Part shown: positions 27,573 through 37,838 of the stretch, in pieces | How the letters are laid out: each line of letters starts with the position of its first letter | How positions within the stretch are numbered: position 1 is the stretch's first letter | NCBI GenBank assembly: GCA_043766615.1 | Contig: JAYUHW010000039.1 | Coordinates: 12,449-76,448, forward strand | Origin: Fibrobacteria bacterium | GTDB taxonomy: Bacteria > Fibrobacterota > Fibrobacteria > UBA11236 | Direction of reading: 5' to 3' | Length of the DNA stretch: 64,000 nucleotides | Notes under the pieces: generated by a model | The model's database searches: none | Told to the model about the DNA's origin: nothing | The model's input: the letters and a program-made list of their open reading frames with translations, nothing else | Position numbers and translations under genes: made by a program

Positions 27573-29750
27573 TTATTTATCCCTGCGTAAAATAACGACT
27601 TCGTTGCTTCCTATTGGGAAGGGCTTAGAAATATCAAGAGGCTTTCCAGCACGCCCAATGGGCCAGATTATCATCAGATTTTTGGAATTGTCTAGGGATT
27701 TTAAACTCAGTGTTTGACTTCCCGACGTGGAATTGATGAAGAGAACAATTTCTTGATTTTCAAAACTATACGCTTTGATCAGGATAGTTGGAATGTTGAA
27801 TTGATGAAAGTGGCCACGATAATTATATGAAACAGGATGGTCCGGAAAATTATACGATAAGGAACGGGCTTGTCCCAGCATGAGAAAATCCTTAGCCTCA
27901 CTCTGCCAGATAGACGCTACTTCAACAAGCACCTTCTGCAATTTTTGCCCCAGCGAGTCATAATCCGGCACCTGCATCCAAATGGCTCCAGCAGGTAAAC
28001 GACCTGCAAGCAAGTTTGTGACCTGTTGATAAATAGCCATTACCAAGTTTTCTGGGTTGCTTACTAATTGTGCATCTCCCCCATATCCCAATAAATAATC
28101 ATGATAGAGATAGCTAAATAGTGGAATGCCATCGGAACCGTTTCCCTCTCTGGGCCAGGCACCTTCCATGTATTCACGAGCGTGAACAATATCCAGGTTT
28201 GGGATGAAAAATTCCCCAGGCTCTTCTAGGGAAAGTGCTGCACCATGGGCAAAGGTTTTTTCATGTGCTTGTCGCAAAATACTAGAAAAGCCTTGCGCTA
28301 ACTTATTCGACCCGGCTAGGGGATGGCCATGGGCTACATTAAAGCAGGGTGGAACGCCACCTCCGACCACTTGATCCACCTGAATCACATCCACCTTAAG
28401 ATCCAAGGACTTTTGCACGCCATTCAGGATCTGTTCACGGGCAGCATTAGTGGCTGGACACAGAATCCATTTATGGCCGGTCCCTTCTTGCGCGATACCT
28501 AAAGTGAGTATTTTCATGTCCCTTCCAACAATTGCGCTGGCTCGCAGTGAATCCAGCATACCCTTTGGAAGCCGATAGAACGGAGCTCCAGCACGTGGAG
28601 TTTTTTCCAAAGTCGCATATAATCCCGAAAGAAAAACCATGGTCTGGTTGCCTTGGTTATGTATTAAGCCTGACATTTTACGAAATGTATCCTCGTTTGG
28701 ATAAGGCGGGAAATAGTCTGGAGCTACCCAAGGACCGTTTTTCTCCCAACTGAAAAACAAATTGGTGATGGGCATTTTTAGGGCCAGCTGGTAGGCTTCG
28801 CTCAAATGCGGAATAAACGGGGACTGGTCGACGACGGATTTTCCCTTGTCTAGTCGGATATGATTACAAAGAAAGAAGCTTGGATTGGCGATGACTCTTG
28901 GCATTCCTTTTTCTCGGATGGTTTTTCTGCACCAAAATTGTTTGATCGCCCAGTTTCGGTAAACATCTGCGGCTTCTTCCCAGCCACCCTGGAAAGGTGC
29001 TAGAACGGTTCTGTACGGCAAACTAAAAGTTGAACCATCATTACCTACCACAATATGTTCAAAAGTTGGGATGATGTGTTCATGGTAACGCATTATTCTA
29101 AAACACTTATAATAACCTGCGCTGTCAGCAGTAAAGAGCACGACCCCATCGCTCTTATTGAACCAGGCCGTCATTTGTGAACTCATCAGGCCTGGGTATT
29201 CCCAATTGCGGCTTTCCCCTTCCTTCAACTTGTTGAAGGTGTCATAAATGCGGACTCCATCAGCAATGGAAAGGACTGTCTGCAAAGGCTGCGCAGATTT
29301 TTGGATGGCGATGCCTGGATACCGGAATATACCCGGTTTTCCAACCTTGGAATCGTTCCGGAAGTTCGCATCCCAGATTAATCCACCCCTAGCAATGCCT
29401 TCCTTCGACGCCCCGTCTTTAAAGGTCCAAACCCGGCATTCAATTTGGACTTTCTGCTTTTCGTGCGAGAATAGAATTTTTATTGTGTCCTGCAATTTGC
29501 TGGCACTAATTACCCTTCCCTGGAAAGAGGTTAGGGACTCAAGCTTGCCGTTTTCCAGCCACTCCAATTGGTACAACGGAAAAGGTTCACTGGGAGTAAT
29601 CCGAAAAGTGTTGGTTGAATATTTAATGGATTGGATATGCCAAGATGGCGTGCTTTCAAAATTAATGGTGACCGGTGAGGATTCAAGTTTAAGCTCGGAT
29701 CCGATTGCATCCAAAGTCAAAACCAAGGAAAGGACAATTTCGCGTATCAT
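27573..29750 (-). CDS. large secreted hypothetical protein (possible glycoside-hydrolase-like)
   Basis: 725-aa uninterrupted ORF with N-terminal hydrophobic segment. No motif I can name with confidence. Confidence 0.5.
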   Translation of the reverse strand: MIREIVLSLVLTLDAIGSELKLESSPVTINFESTPSWHIQSIKYSTNTFRITPSEPFPLYQLEWLENGKLESLTSFQGRVISASKLQDTIKILFSHEKQKVQIECRVWTFKDGASKEGIARGGLIWDANFRNDSKVGKPGIFRYPGIAIQKSAQPLQTVLSIADGVRIYDTFNKLKEGESRNWEYPGLMSSQMTAWFNKSDGVVLFTADSAGYYKCFRIMRYHEHIIPTFEHIVVGNDGSTFSLPYRTVLAPFQGGWEEAADVYRNWAIKQFWCRKTIREKGMPRVIANPSFFLCNHIRLDKGKSVVDQSPFIPHLSEAYQLALKMPITNLFFSWEKNGPWVAPDYFPPYPNEDTFRKMSGLIHNQGNQTMVFLSGLYATLEKTPRAGAPFYRLPKGMLDSLRASAIVGRDMKILTLGIAQEGTGHKWILCPATNAAREQILNGVQKSLDLKVDVIQVDQVVGGGVPPCFNVAHGHPLAGSNKLAQGFSSILRQAHEKTFAHGAALSLEEPGEFFIPNLDIVHAREYMEGAWPREGNGSDGIPLFSYLYHDYLLGYGGDAQLVSNPENLVMAIYQQVTNLLAGRLPAGAIWMQVPDYDSLGQKLQKVLVEVASIWQSEAKDFLMLGQARSLSYNFPDHPVSYNYRGHFHQFNIPTILIKAYSFENQEIVLFINSTSGSQTLSLKSLDNSKNLMIIWPIGRAGKPLDISKPFPIGSNEVVILRRDK

Positions 29751-29834
29751 GACGGGATTTAATCTACCTGGAAGCGAGGAAGACAGTCAATATCAGGTGG
29801 ATGGGTTTCGGAAGTAGATTGGAATGAAATATAA

Positions 29835-30857
29835 ATGAAATATCTAAAATCGAAATTATTGCCTGAAACGGCTTTGGAGGTTTTTATTATGATTCGACTT
29901 TTCACCCCATTGGACTTCTTGGATTTTTACCTTCAAGCAAAATGGTCGTATTTTAAAGCAGTTTTTCGAATCTTGCACATTTCTGGAAAGAGCCGGATTT
30001 TATCGCGCTGGAATAACCATACCAATCTGCAAATTAATTGGTATGACGTTCCCTACGTTGTGAAATATGTTCAAAAAAACATAACGGGTGATGCGGAAAC
30101 CGATTATGCGACCTATTTAATAGAACGGTTTTTCAAAGGCAGGAAGAATATACGTATGCTTTCTCCCGGATGCGGGGTAGGGGTCAAGGAACTCCAATTC
30201 GCCAAAATATCAGCCTTTGAAAAAATTGATGGTTTTGATATCGCACCGACCAGAATCGGTGAAGCGCAGAAAAGGGCATTGGCTCTTGGCTTGAGCAATA
30301 CGAATTTTTTCGTGGGAGACATTTATGATCTCAAGGTTGGGGAAAAGTACGATATTCTCCTTTTTGACAGCTGCCTGCACCATTTCGACAATCTCGACTC
30401 ACTTTTGGAAAAGGTTAAATCTTATATCAAACCAGATGGCTACTTGGTAATCCTAGAGTTCACTGGTCCAAATAGATATCAATACACTACCGACCATGTC
30501 CGAAAATGTAATGAAGCTTTAAGACTGATCCCCAAAACTCACCGTGTCTTTCTCAAATCTTCCTTGGTCAAGCAAAAGATATGGGCTCCAGGATATATCC
30601 GAATGTACTTATCCGATCCTTCAGAGGGCATCCGTTCGGGAGAAATTCTTCCTGCTATTTATAGGCAATTTAATGTCGTAGAAGAGAAAAAAATAGGCGG
30701 AGATCTGTTGGCACCAGTTCTGAAAGGCACCGTGCATCACTATATCGGAAATGACGATTCCAATTCTATTTTGAACAAGCTTTTCGAATTTGAATCCAAC
30801 TACCTTAAGTCACTGACCTATGCCAATCACACCTTTGGCGTTTACTCGCCAAAGTAA
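29835..30857 (+). CDS. class I SAM-dependent methyltransferase
   Basis: Motif I LSPGCGVG. Post-I acidic residue. AT-rich gene. Confidence 0.7.
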   Translation: MKYLKSKLLPETALEVFIMIRLFTPLDFLDFYLQAKWSYFKAVFRILHISGKSRILSRWNNHTNLQINWYDVPYVVKYVQKNITGDAETDYATYLIERFFKGRKNIRMLSPGCGVGVKELQFAKISAFEKIDGFDIAPTRIGEAQKRALALGLSNTNFFVGDIYDLKVGEKYDILLFDSCLHHFDNLDSLLEKVKSYIKPDGYLVILEFTGPNRYQYTTDHVRKCNEALRLIPKTHRVFLKSSLVKQKIWAPGYIRMYLSDPSEGIRSGEILPAIYRQFNVVEEKKIGGDLLAPVLKGTVHHYIGNDDSNSILNKLFEFESNYLKSLTYANHTFGVYSPK

Positions 30858-30937
30858 TTTATATCTACCCATACACCATTCTTGCAACTTAATTGAATCT
30901 ATTATGAAGTATTTTGTAGACCCGAACCAAACGGTGC

Positions 30938-31680
30938 ATGTTAGCTTTAAACATACAGGAGGCCTTCAGTCCAAGGTTGTTTAATTCCATCCATTTTGCG
31001 ATTTTCTTTCCCACCCTCCTAATCGTGAACTTTTCCCTACCTCATCGATATCGGTTGGTTTTATTGCTTGTGGTTAGCTATTACTTTTACATGAATTGGA
31101 AGCCAGAGTATGTCCTTTTACTTTTAGGCTCCACGGGAGTCAGTTGGATCTGTGGCAATTGTTTGGAGCGAACAAAGGATATCAAAAAACGGAAATGGAT
31201 TTTTGCATCCGGGATCTCGGCATTTCTTCTGTACCTCGTTTTCTTTAAATATTGGAATTTTAGAGCCGATCAGGTGAATACTGTTTCTGGTGCATTGAAA
31301 ATTCACCAAGCATTACCTCACCACGGAATACATCTACTCATAGGAATTTATTTTTTCACCTTCCTTACCCTGAGTTACCTAATCGATGTCTACTGAGGAA
31401 CAACCCAATCCGAACGTAATTTCGGGATGTATGCCCTATACGTCACCTTTTTTCCACAGCTAGTCGTAGATGACCGCTCCGCATTAATGGTTGATCTAGT
31501 ATATAAGGATTCATCTGCGTATCCGGGTATTGCCCTAGCAGCTGCGACTGTTTTATTCGACTTTGAGATTTATTGCGATGTCGTAGGGTGCATCGATTGT
31601 CATTTCCTCGGTGGAATTGATCTTTCAAGCTCTGATATGGAGGTAACGGAACTGAAACTCGGATGCAATTGAGAAGTTCG
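30938..31680 (+). pseudogene. MBOAT (AlgI/DltB-type membrane O-acyltransferase) remnant
   Basis: 152-aa ORF matches MBOAT N-terminus (…FFPTLL…YYFYMNWKPEYVLLLLGST…GIYFFTFLTLSYLIDVY) then stops. Downstream ORF 31427..31672 carries the next conserved block in degraded form (LYVTFFPQLVVD…FEIYCD). An intact MBOAT is about 470 aa. Confidence 0.65.
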
Positions 31681-31773
31681 AGATAGTCCTGGTCATTTAC
31701 ATATCTTAAAGAGTATGTGATTCCATCAAAAGGTTTTGTGTAATTTCCCATTTAAAAAAATTAAGGAGAACAT

Positions 31774-33231
31774 ATGTCGAATTTAAGAGTACTCTCGTAT
31801 CTGAACATTCTGATATTGGCGATTGGAACATTGACCGTTTCCCACGCTTCCATTTACTATGTCAATGACATTTCCGGCAGTGATGCCAATAACGGAACGT
31901 CAACGGGTACTGCTTGGAAAACTCTTTCGAAGGTAAACTCGACGAATTTTCAAGCCAACGACAGCGTACTTTTCATTCGGGGCGGTCAATGGCGTGGGCA
32001 ACTGGTTCCCAAAAGCGGTTCGGTATCGGGACCTGTGAGCTACGCGGCTTATGGAAGCGGTACGAAACCTTTGTTTTTGGGTTCCTTGAGCAAAGCCTCT
32101 ACGGGGAATTGGGTATTTGAAGGCGTTAATATCTGGCGCTCGGCAGATACATTTTCTGTAGACATCGGAAACATCATCTTCAATAATACAACTGTATTCG
32201 GAAAGAAAAAGTGGACCCAGGGTGGCCTCATGACTCAGGGTGACTACTATTTTAAAAGAACTTCGGGCACAAGAGGGGTCGTGAGGATCTATTCTTCCTC
32301 CAATCCTGGCTCATATTATAGCGGTGTTGAGCTTGCCCAACGGATCGATATGGTCAACTTTCAAAACGTAAGTTACGCCAAATTCGAAAACCTAGCTTTG
32401 AAATATGGTGCTGCGCATGGATTCGGTGGGGGGAATACACATCACATAACCATCCGTGCTTGCGATATCTCCTATATTGGCGGAGGTGACCTCAACCAGG
32501 ATGGGACCAATATCCGCTTCGGGAATGGTATTGAGTTTTGGGGAAGCGCCCACGACAACCTTGTTGAGAGATGCCTGATTTACGAAATATATGATACCGG
32601 GCTGACCAACCAGAACCATACCACGGCGGTTAGTCAATACAATATTTACTACTTCAATAACGCTGTATATAATTGCGCCTTGGCTTCCTATGAATATTGG
32701 AACAAGCCTTCGACTTCAACTACGGCCAACATCCGATTCGAAAACAACACCTGTGCGGGCGCTGGCTCTGGGTGGGGGATTCAGCGTCCGGACTTGGCGG
32801 GCGCTCATGTTATACTCTCATACAATGAGGCTAAAACGGACTCAATCTTCATTCGAAATAACATTTTTTACAAGGCACGGGTATCTCTATTTATGCCCTC
32901 GACTTGGCGGACGACGGATAATTACGACAAACTTGTCTTAAAAAACAACCTTTACTACCAGACGTATACAAGCGACACAATCGTCTATCTTTTCTATTCG
33001 ACAGCCTATACTTCCAGCACCTTTTCCAACTATAAGTCCGCAACTGGCCAGGATTCCAATTCCATTGTTTCTGATCCCCTCTTTGTAAATGCCGCTGGCT
33101 ATGACTACCATATTACGTCTTTTTCGCCCGCAATGAACGCCGGAAATGCCATCAGTTACATCGTGAAAGATTTTGACGACCAGGCTCGGACTCCAGCCTC
33201 CAATGACATTGGCGCGGATGAATACCAATAG
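31774..33231 (+). CDS. secreted right-handed parallel beta-helix repeat protein
   Basis: Signal peptide. N-terminal YYVNDISGSDANNGTSTGTAWKTL typical of beta-helix/pectate-lyase-fold proteins. Internal repeats. Confidence 0.6.
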   Translation: MSNLRVLSYLNILILAIGTLTVSHASIYYVNDISGSDANNGTSTGTAWKTLSKVNSTNFQANDSVLFIRGGQWRGQLVPKSGSVSGPVSYAAYGSGTKPLFLGSLSKASTGNWVFEGVNIWRSADTFSVDIGNIIFNNTTVFGKKKWTQGGLMTQGDYYFKRTSGTRGVVRIYSSSNPGSYYSGVELAQRIDMVNFQNVSYAKFENLALKYGAAHGFGGGNTHHITIRACDISYIGGGDLNQDGTNIRFGNGIEFWGSAHDNLVERCLIYEIYDTGLTNQNHTTAVSQYNIYYFNNAVYNCALASYEYWNKPSTSTTANIRFENNTCAGAGSGWGIQRPDLAGAHVILSYNEAKTDSIFIRNNIFYKARVSLFMPSTWRTTDNYDKLVLKNNLYYQTYTSDTIVYLFYSTAYTSSTFSNYKSATGQDSNSIVSDPLFVNAAGYDYHITSFSPAMNAGNAISYIVKDFDDQARTPASNDIGADEYQ

Positions 33232-33746
33232 GCCAGACTGGCAAGGTAGGATGGGATAAATTTCTCATCCTGACTTAGTCAGATGCCTAATCTCTCACCA
33301 GGGGCCTTGGTTGACTATAGGAAGGTTGAAACGAAGCCTTAAGGAGCGTGTCAGGATCGCTGGGTAGCGGAAATGGGCAATGCATGGGGAACCGAACCAG
33401 AACCACGGAGAACCGAGGAGACGATCAGCTACGGTCTTACCCATCCAGGAAAAAGTAGATCCCGTTTCAAGCCTCGGAATCAAGTGGCTCGATAGCGGGA
33501 AACTCCGTGTGTGGGTATGGGTCCTTGGGGGCGTGGCGCATCCATGCATAGCCTCATCGTCCAGGTGGAGTGTTAGGATTATGGGGAAGTGGGGGACACT
33601 CAATAATCCTCCTGTTTAGATAGTAGGCCAAATTTCAGTTTCAAAATCGTTTCGTAACAGGTTCATGTCTTTACGTAATCCTACCTGTAATTATAACTTC
33701 TCCGGTTCAAAGTCGGACATTTGTAATATGCCTGAAATGAGTAGGG

Positions 33747-34943
33747 ATGAAAGTGGAAAATGCGGTCAAAAGCGAGAGCGTAAGCCAGCCCCTCAAGCCA
33801 ACTTTTGGTTTACCAAACCTTGAAAGTCACCTTCCACTTGAAGCATTGAAAGTGTGTCTCTTCACTTGTGAAAGTATCGCCACATTGCGATGCAAATGGC
33901 TCGCTATGGAAACAGTCTGCAACCATTCATTTTTCACCAGTTGGCAATGGATTTCTAGTTGGATGGAAACCATGAATGCCGAGGTGCTGCAATGTGAAGC
34001 TTGGCTGGGTGAAGTATTAGTGGGCCTTGGACTCTTTGTGGAAAAGCGCGAGCGAGGCTTGGGATTAATCCCTTTCCGAAGACTTTTCCTACATAAAACA
34101 GGTGATCGTTACCGGGATCGTATTTGCATCGAATGGAACGACCTACTTATCCATCCTGGTTTAGAAGAAATTGTGCGACGCCAGGTGGTAGCCCACCTTA
34201 TCCAAGGTCCAAAAGGGGCCGATGAAGTGGTCTTTGGTCTAACCTCCGAGGGTCATGATGCTGGCATGGTCGTTCCAGAGTTCGCTCCCCGGATAAGTTA
34301 TCCGTATCCCTCTCCCTTTGTGGATTTGATTCGAGTGCGAACAGAAGGGGGGTTCGACAATACCCTTTCCCACAAGACACGCGCCAATGTGCGTAAAAGC
34401 ATTCGTCTGGCTGAAGCCATTGGAAAAATCGAATTACAAAGCGCTGCCACAGCCGAGGAAGCCCTTGCCTTCTTCCGTGATGCCGGGCCTTTGCATATCG
34501 AACGATTCAAAGATCGAACTACTAGTCGTCAAAGCGGCTACCTCAATCCCCACTTTGTGGCATTCCACGAGTGCCTGATACCAACCGCATTTAACCATGG
34601 TAATCTTGACTTCGTAAAGGTTACAACGGGCGGGATCTTGTTGGCTTATATGTATTTCTTCGTCTACCGTAAAGTGGTTTACTTTTATCAATCGGCGATC
34701 AATTACTCCAGTCTGGAAAAAGGCCAGCCTGGTCTGATTGCCAATTACCTTTGCATCCGAAAGTTCTCGGACCAAGGCATGATCAGGTATGATTTCCTAG
34801 CTGGCGATGCCCTTTACAAAAGGGTTCTTGGTACGGATACCGCAACCCTCAGGTTTTTCAATTACCGAAAGCGCAGTCTAAAGATGGTTGCGGCGGAAAA
34901 GTATCTGAGTTGGAAGAATCGTGCTTCTACGGGAATGGAGTAG
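33747..34943 (+). CDS. FemAB/GNAT-like acyltransferase family protein
   Basis: 398 aa. C-terminal GNAT-like region (…LLAYMYFFVYRKVVYFYQSAINYSSLEKGQPGL…). Confidence 0.5.
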   Translation: MKVENAVKSESVSQPLKPTFGLPNLESHLPLEALKVCLFTCESIATLRCKWLAMETVCNHSFFTSWQWISSWMETMNAEVLQCEAWLGEVLVGLGLFVEKRERGLGLIPFRRLFLHKTGDRYRDRICIEWNDLLIHPGLEEIVRRQVVAHLIQGPKGADEVVFGLTSEGHDAGMVVPEFAPRISYPYPSPFVDLIRVRTEGGFDNTLSHKTRANVRKSIRLAEAIGKIELQSAATAEEALAFFRDAGPLHIERFKDRTTSRQSGYLNPHFVAFHECLIPTAFNHGNLDFVKVTTGGILLAYMYFFVYRKVVYFYQSAINYSSLEKGQPGLIANYLCIRKFSDQGMIRYDFLAGDALYKRVLGTDTATLRFFNYRKRSLKMVAAEKYLSWKNRASTGME

Positions 34944-35329
34944 CCAAGAATGTCATCCGGAAAATGGACGAATTACTTGGGGAGCATTTGGCCCAAAAGG
35001 ATGTAGAATTGATGTTCGAAACTTCCCATAAACCAGGCGATTCACGCCCGTCCTTTGGATACCGCAAGGTCTTGTGCGCAAGGCTATCCATCGATTGCTT
35101 ATCGTTCGCCGATTTCAATTTCCGATCTCATTCCGAAATCCTTTTGGGAATCGCCCGAATCTTGGCAAGGCTGCCTCGCAAGGTTTACGAATTATTGGTC
35201 ACTAAGTCGAAAAACCACCTTAATGCAGATGACTATCTAAAGGTCTATAACTACACTGACCCTAACCAGCCTAAGGAATTTTCCAAAGCCCGATGTTATC
35301 TCACCTTAGGTGAGAAAATGGGATTTTAA
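34910..35329 (+). pseudogene. remnant of a paralog of the acyltransferase gene 37839..39080 (N-terminus and about 215 internal aa missing)
   Basis: KMDELLGEHLAQKDVELMFETSHKPG vs KMDTMLGERLAEKGVELLFGTPNKPG. C-terminal 65 aa (HSEILLGIARILARLPRKVYELLVTKSKNHLNADDYLKVYNYTDPNQPKEFSKARCYLTLGEKMGF) closely match the C-terminus of 37839..39080. Confidence 0.6.
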
Positions 35330-35388
35330 ATTAAGATTCGTGTCCAGAAAATCCCATATCACTGATGAGGAAAAGAAAGACTGAAAGC

Positions 35389-36699
35389 ATGAGAATCCTT
35401 TATTTTAATTATCAGATTTCCTCATTCGCCTCCATCGTGCGTTCACTGGAGTATGCTAAGGGGTTAACTAACGAGGGGCATGAAGTTGCGCTTTGCTACA
35501 TACATCCCCTATTCCATCCACCGGAAACCTATTATCAACTCATCACTGCTTATGAATCACCTCTGTTAAAGGTCCGTTATCCTTCCCGTAATCCCACTGC
35601 AACTATCCAAGCCAATGACGCTCGTAAAGATCCGATTAAGGGAAAAGTCGTGGACGGGATGCCGACTTTTTGGCGTCTCGTCCGGCAAATTCTCGCTTCC
35701 ATTAAATACATACCATCGGAACTTCGTTTGGTTGGCCAGTTTCGGCCTGACATTTTGCTGGCGCGTTCGGACCCAACTATTTCAACCAGCGTAACATCAT
35801 GGTTACGTAAGCTGCCTCTCGTGCTCGAAACCGATGGGCCACTGGAAGAGCTTGACAAGTATTGGGGATTGAATTCTCGCTGGCTTCTGCTTTTGGATTC
35901 CTGGCGTGCACGCCGGGCAGATGCCTTACTTTATATCAGCGAACCTTGCCGCCAATTATGGTTGCGCAAGCGTGTCTCCAGGGAGAAGCTCTTTTATACC
36001 CCCAATGCAGCCCACCCAGATCGCTTTCGTCCCTTGGAATCCTCTGCACGGCGGAGATTGCGAGCTAAGTTTGGATTAGAGGGACGCAAGGTCATAGGAT
36101 TTTCAGGAATCCTGCGCCCCTGGCATGGTGTGGATAACTTGCTAGCGGCTGCACTTCCCATCCTTGAGGAAGATCCTGATGTGCGGATTCTCTTCATCGG
36201 CTCAAAGTACGATGCTGAGGTTCTTGAACGCTGCCATGTCCCCGAGCCCATTGGCCGAGAAAAATTGGTGTTCACGGGACCCGTCCCGTATATGCAGATG
36301 GGGGACCACATCGACTTGGCAGACTGCATCGCTTTGCCATATCCTCCATCGGATTTCTTTTACTTTTCGCCCATGAAACTTTTCGAAGGCATGTGTTTGG
36401 GCAAGGTGATGGTGGCTCCACGCATGGAGCAGATCGAGGAAATGCTCCAGGGGCTTGCTTCCCCTGTTCTCTATGATCCCGCAGAAGGGGTCACAGCCTT
36501 ACGTCGATGCCTCAAGGAAGGTTTGCGTCGCGGCCTCTCCGCACCCTTCGAAACCGTTGCCGGTGCCGATGCTCGCGCGCGAATCGAAAATGCACATACT
36601 TGGGCACATCGAGGTAAGGTCGTGGCGAAAGCCTGCGAATATGCTGCTCGACGTAATCAAGGGCAGTCGGGGGGAATCACGCAATCTATTTTGAACTGA
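35389..36699 (+). CDS. GT-B fold glycosyltransferase (GT4-like)
   Basis: About 437 aa. C-terminal FSPMKLFEGMCLGKVMVAP nucleotide-sugar binding region. Start placed at MRILYFN. ORF track begins at 35365. Confidence 0.65.
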   Translation: MRILYFNYQISSFASIVRSLEYAKGLTNEGHEVALCYIHPLFHPPETYYQLITAYESPLLKVRYPSRNPTATIQANDARKDPIKGKVVDGMPTFWRLVRQILASIKYIPSELRLVGQFRPDILLARSDPTISTSVTSWLRKLPLVLETDGPLEELDKYWGLNSRWLLLLDSWRARRADALLYISEPCRQLWLRKRVSREKLFYTPNAAHPDRFRPLESSARRRLRAKFGLEGRKVIGFSGILRPWHGVDNLLAAALPILEEDPDVRILFIGSKYDAEVLERCHVPEPIGREKLVFTGPVPYMQMGDHIDLADCIALPYPPSDFFYFSPMKLFEGMCLGKVMVAPRMEQIEEMLQGLASPVLYDPAEGVTALRRCLKEGLRRGLSAPFETVAGADARARIENAHTWAHRGKVVAKACEYAARRNQGQSGGITQSILN

Positions 36700-36779
36700 T
36701 TAGAATTTAATTTGGCGAGGAACCAGGCCTACGGTCCAGTGTCCTCTTTTACCCGGAATGTTGGGGAAAAGACACGAGG

Positions 36780-36920
36780 ACATGGTTCCAGTTTGTTTTG
36801 TTACTTCTCCTTCCCCCAGTGCACGACCAGGCGCGCCGATTCTGCCATATGGATCAGCGAAATTGCGAAATCCTGTGAATCCATTGCATTGCAGGCAGCT
36901 GGTATTTCTTAGTGTCAATT
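36780..36920 (-). pseudogene. short remnant of a CE4 (NodB) deacetylase gene related to 50807..53600 paralogs
   Basis: Within ORF 36700..37011(-): LQCNGFTGFRNFADPYG vs FLQCNGFTGFRHFAYPYG in 50807..52183 (NodB motif 3 region). Confidence 0.45.
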
Positions 36921-37334
36921 CCTTTTCTTTGAAAGTGGAAGCACTTTTATCAACTATTAGCCTAAGGACATTTGGGGTTAGGAGATAATGTGAGGCGTCC
37001 GCTACCAACACCCCATCTCCTTAATCTCTTTTCTACTCCGTACCTATTGCTTTGTTGAAAAAGAACCGGGACCTTGTAGCCTACAATACTTCTCTCTTTC
37101 TGTCGGGTTGGTATAAAGTCATCTACTGATGATATTCAGTTCCAAACAAGGAATTGTTGCATTCAACCTTTGGATGATAGTTGCCAGCAGTGAAAGGTCA
37201 CTAAGCAGAAGGGGACGAACCATGGAAATTCCCGGATTGCAGGTTTAAGGAATGATTCTCCTAAATATTAATCAATGATAAAATATTAGTTTAACTATCC
37301 TGTTTAATTATTTCAGTCGTATTCCGAAATTAGT

Positions 37335-37640
37335 TCAATCATTTCGTAACAGGAACAGGCCTTTACTTGGTCGCACGACGTGCGCGCCAGGTGTCCAAGC
37401 GCCGCATCCAGCGGGAATCCAATCCCCAGTATTAGTCGAACTCTTCCAACGGCCTATCGGTTCGAGAACCAGAGGCAGTGAGAGAAGTCGTGAAGATATG
37501 GAATTGGACAGGGTAGGGTCAGAACGCGCCATCAGAGCGTCTGGACGGAATTCATCGATCCTGCGGAGTTCCTTCGCGACGAAATTCATAGAGGCTGCAA
37601 ATTTCCGGTAGAGGCTCCTCATAGTCGGCTTCCCGTCCAC
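37335..37640 (-). pseudogene. remnant of a paralog of glycosyltransferase 35389..36699
   Basis: EFRPDALMARSDPTLSNSISSRLLSLPLVLE vs QFRPDILLARSDPTISTSVTSWLRKLPLVLE (residues about 130-160 of the intact GT). Confidence 0.55.
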
Positions 37641-37838
37641 GCTCTTTACTTCGACCGGAGCCTGGCTGGGCTTGGTAGCGCGGATGTTACTATGGGAGTT
37701 CCGCGTAACCTCATGTCCCTCATCTGCTGCTCCTTTGCCTTACTCCAAGGAACGTACGATGGAGGCGAATGAGGAAATCTGGTAATTGAAATAGAGAATC
37801 CTCATGGGTCTAGCCTTGCTTTTCCCGGGTGTCCCATG

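Noticed and set aside
33601-33680. About 70-nt segment upstream of 33747 sharing cctgttta…atttcagt…tttcgtaacagg…ctttac with 37281-37365
   Set aside because: The only exact block is a 12-mer. In 64 kb roughly a hundred chance 12-mer matches are expected, and flanking similarity is patchy with different spacing. Not reported as a repeat element without a proper alignment.
33232-33746. 515-nt comparatively GC-rich non-coding gap: ncRNA or riboswitch?
   Set aside because: No recognisable conserved RNA motif (no tRNA cloverleaf, no known riboswitch consensus I can identify by eye). Only a weak AGGATG…CATCCT hairpin at 33259-33284 right after the upstream stop. Left unannotated.
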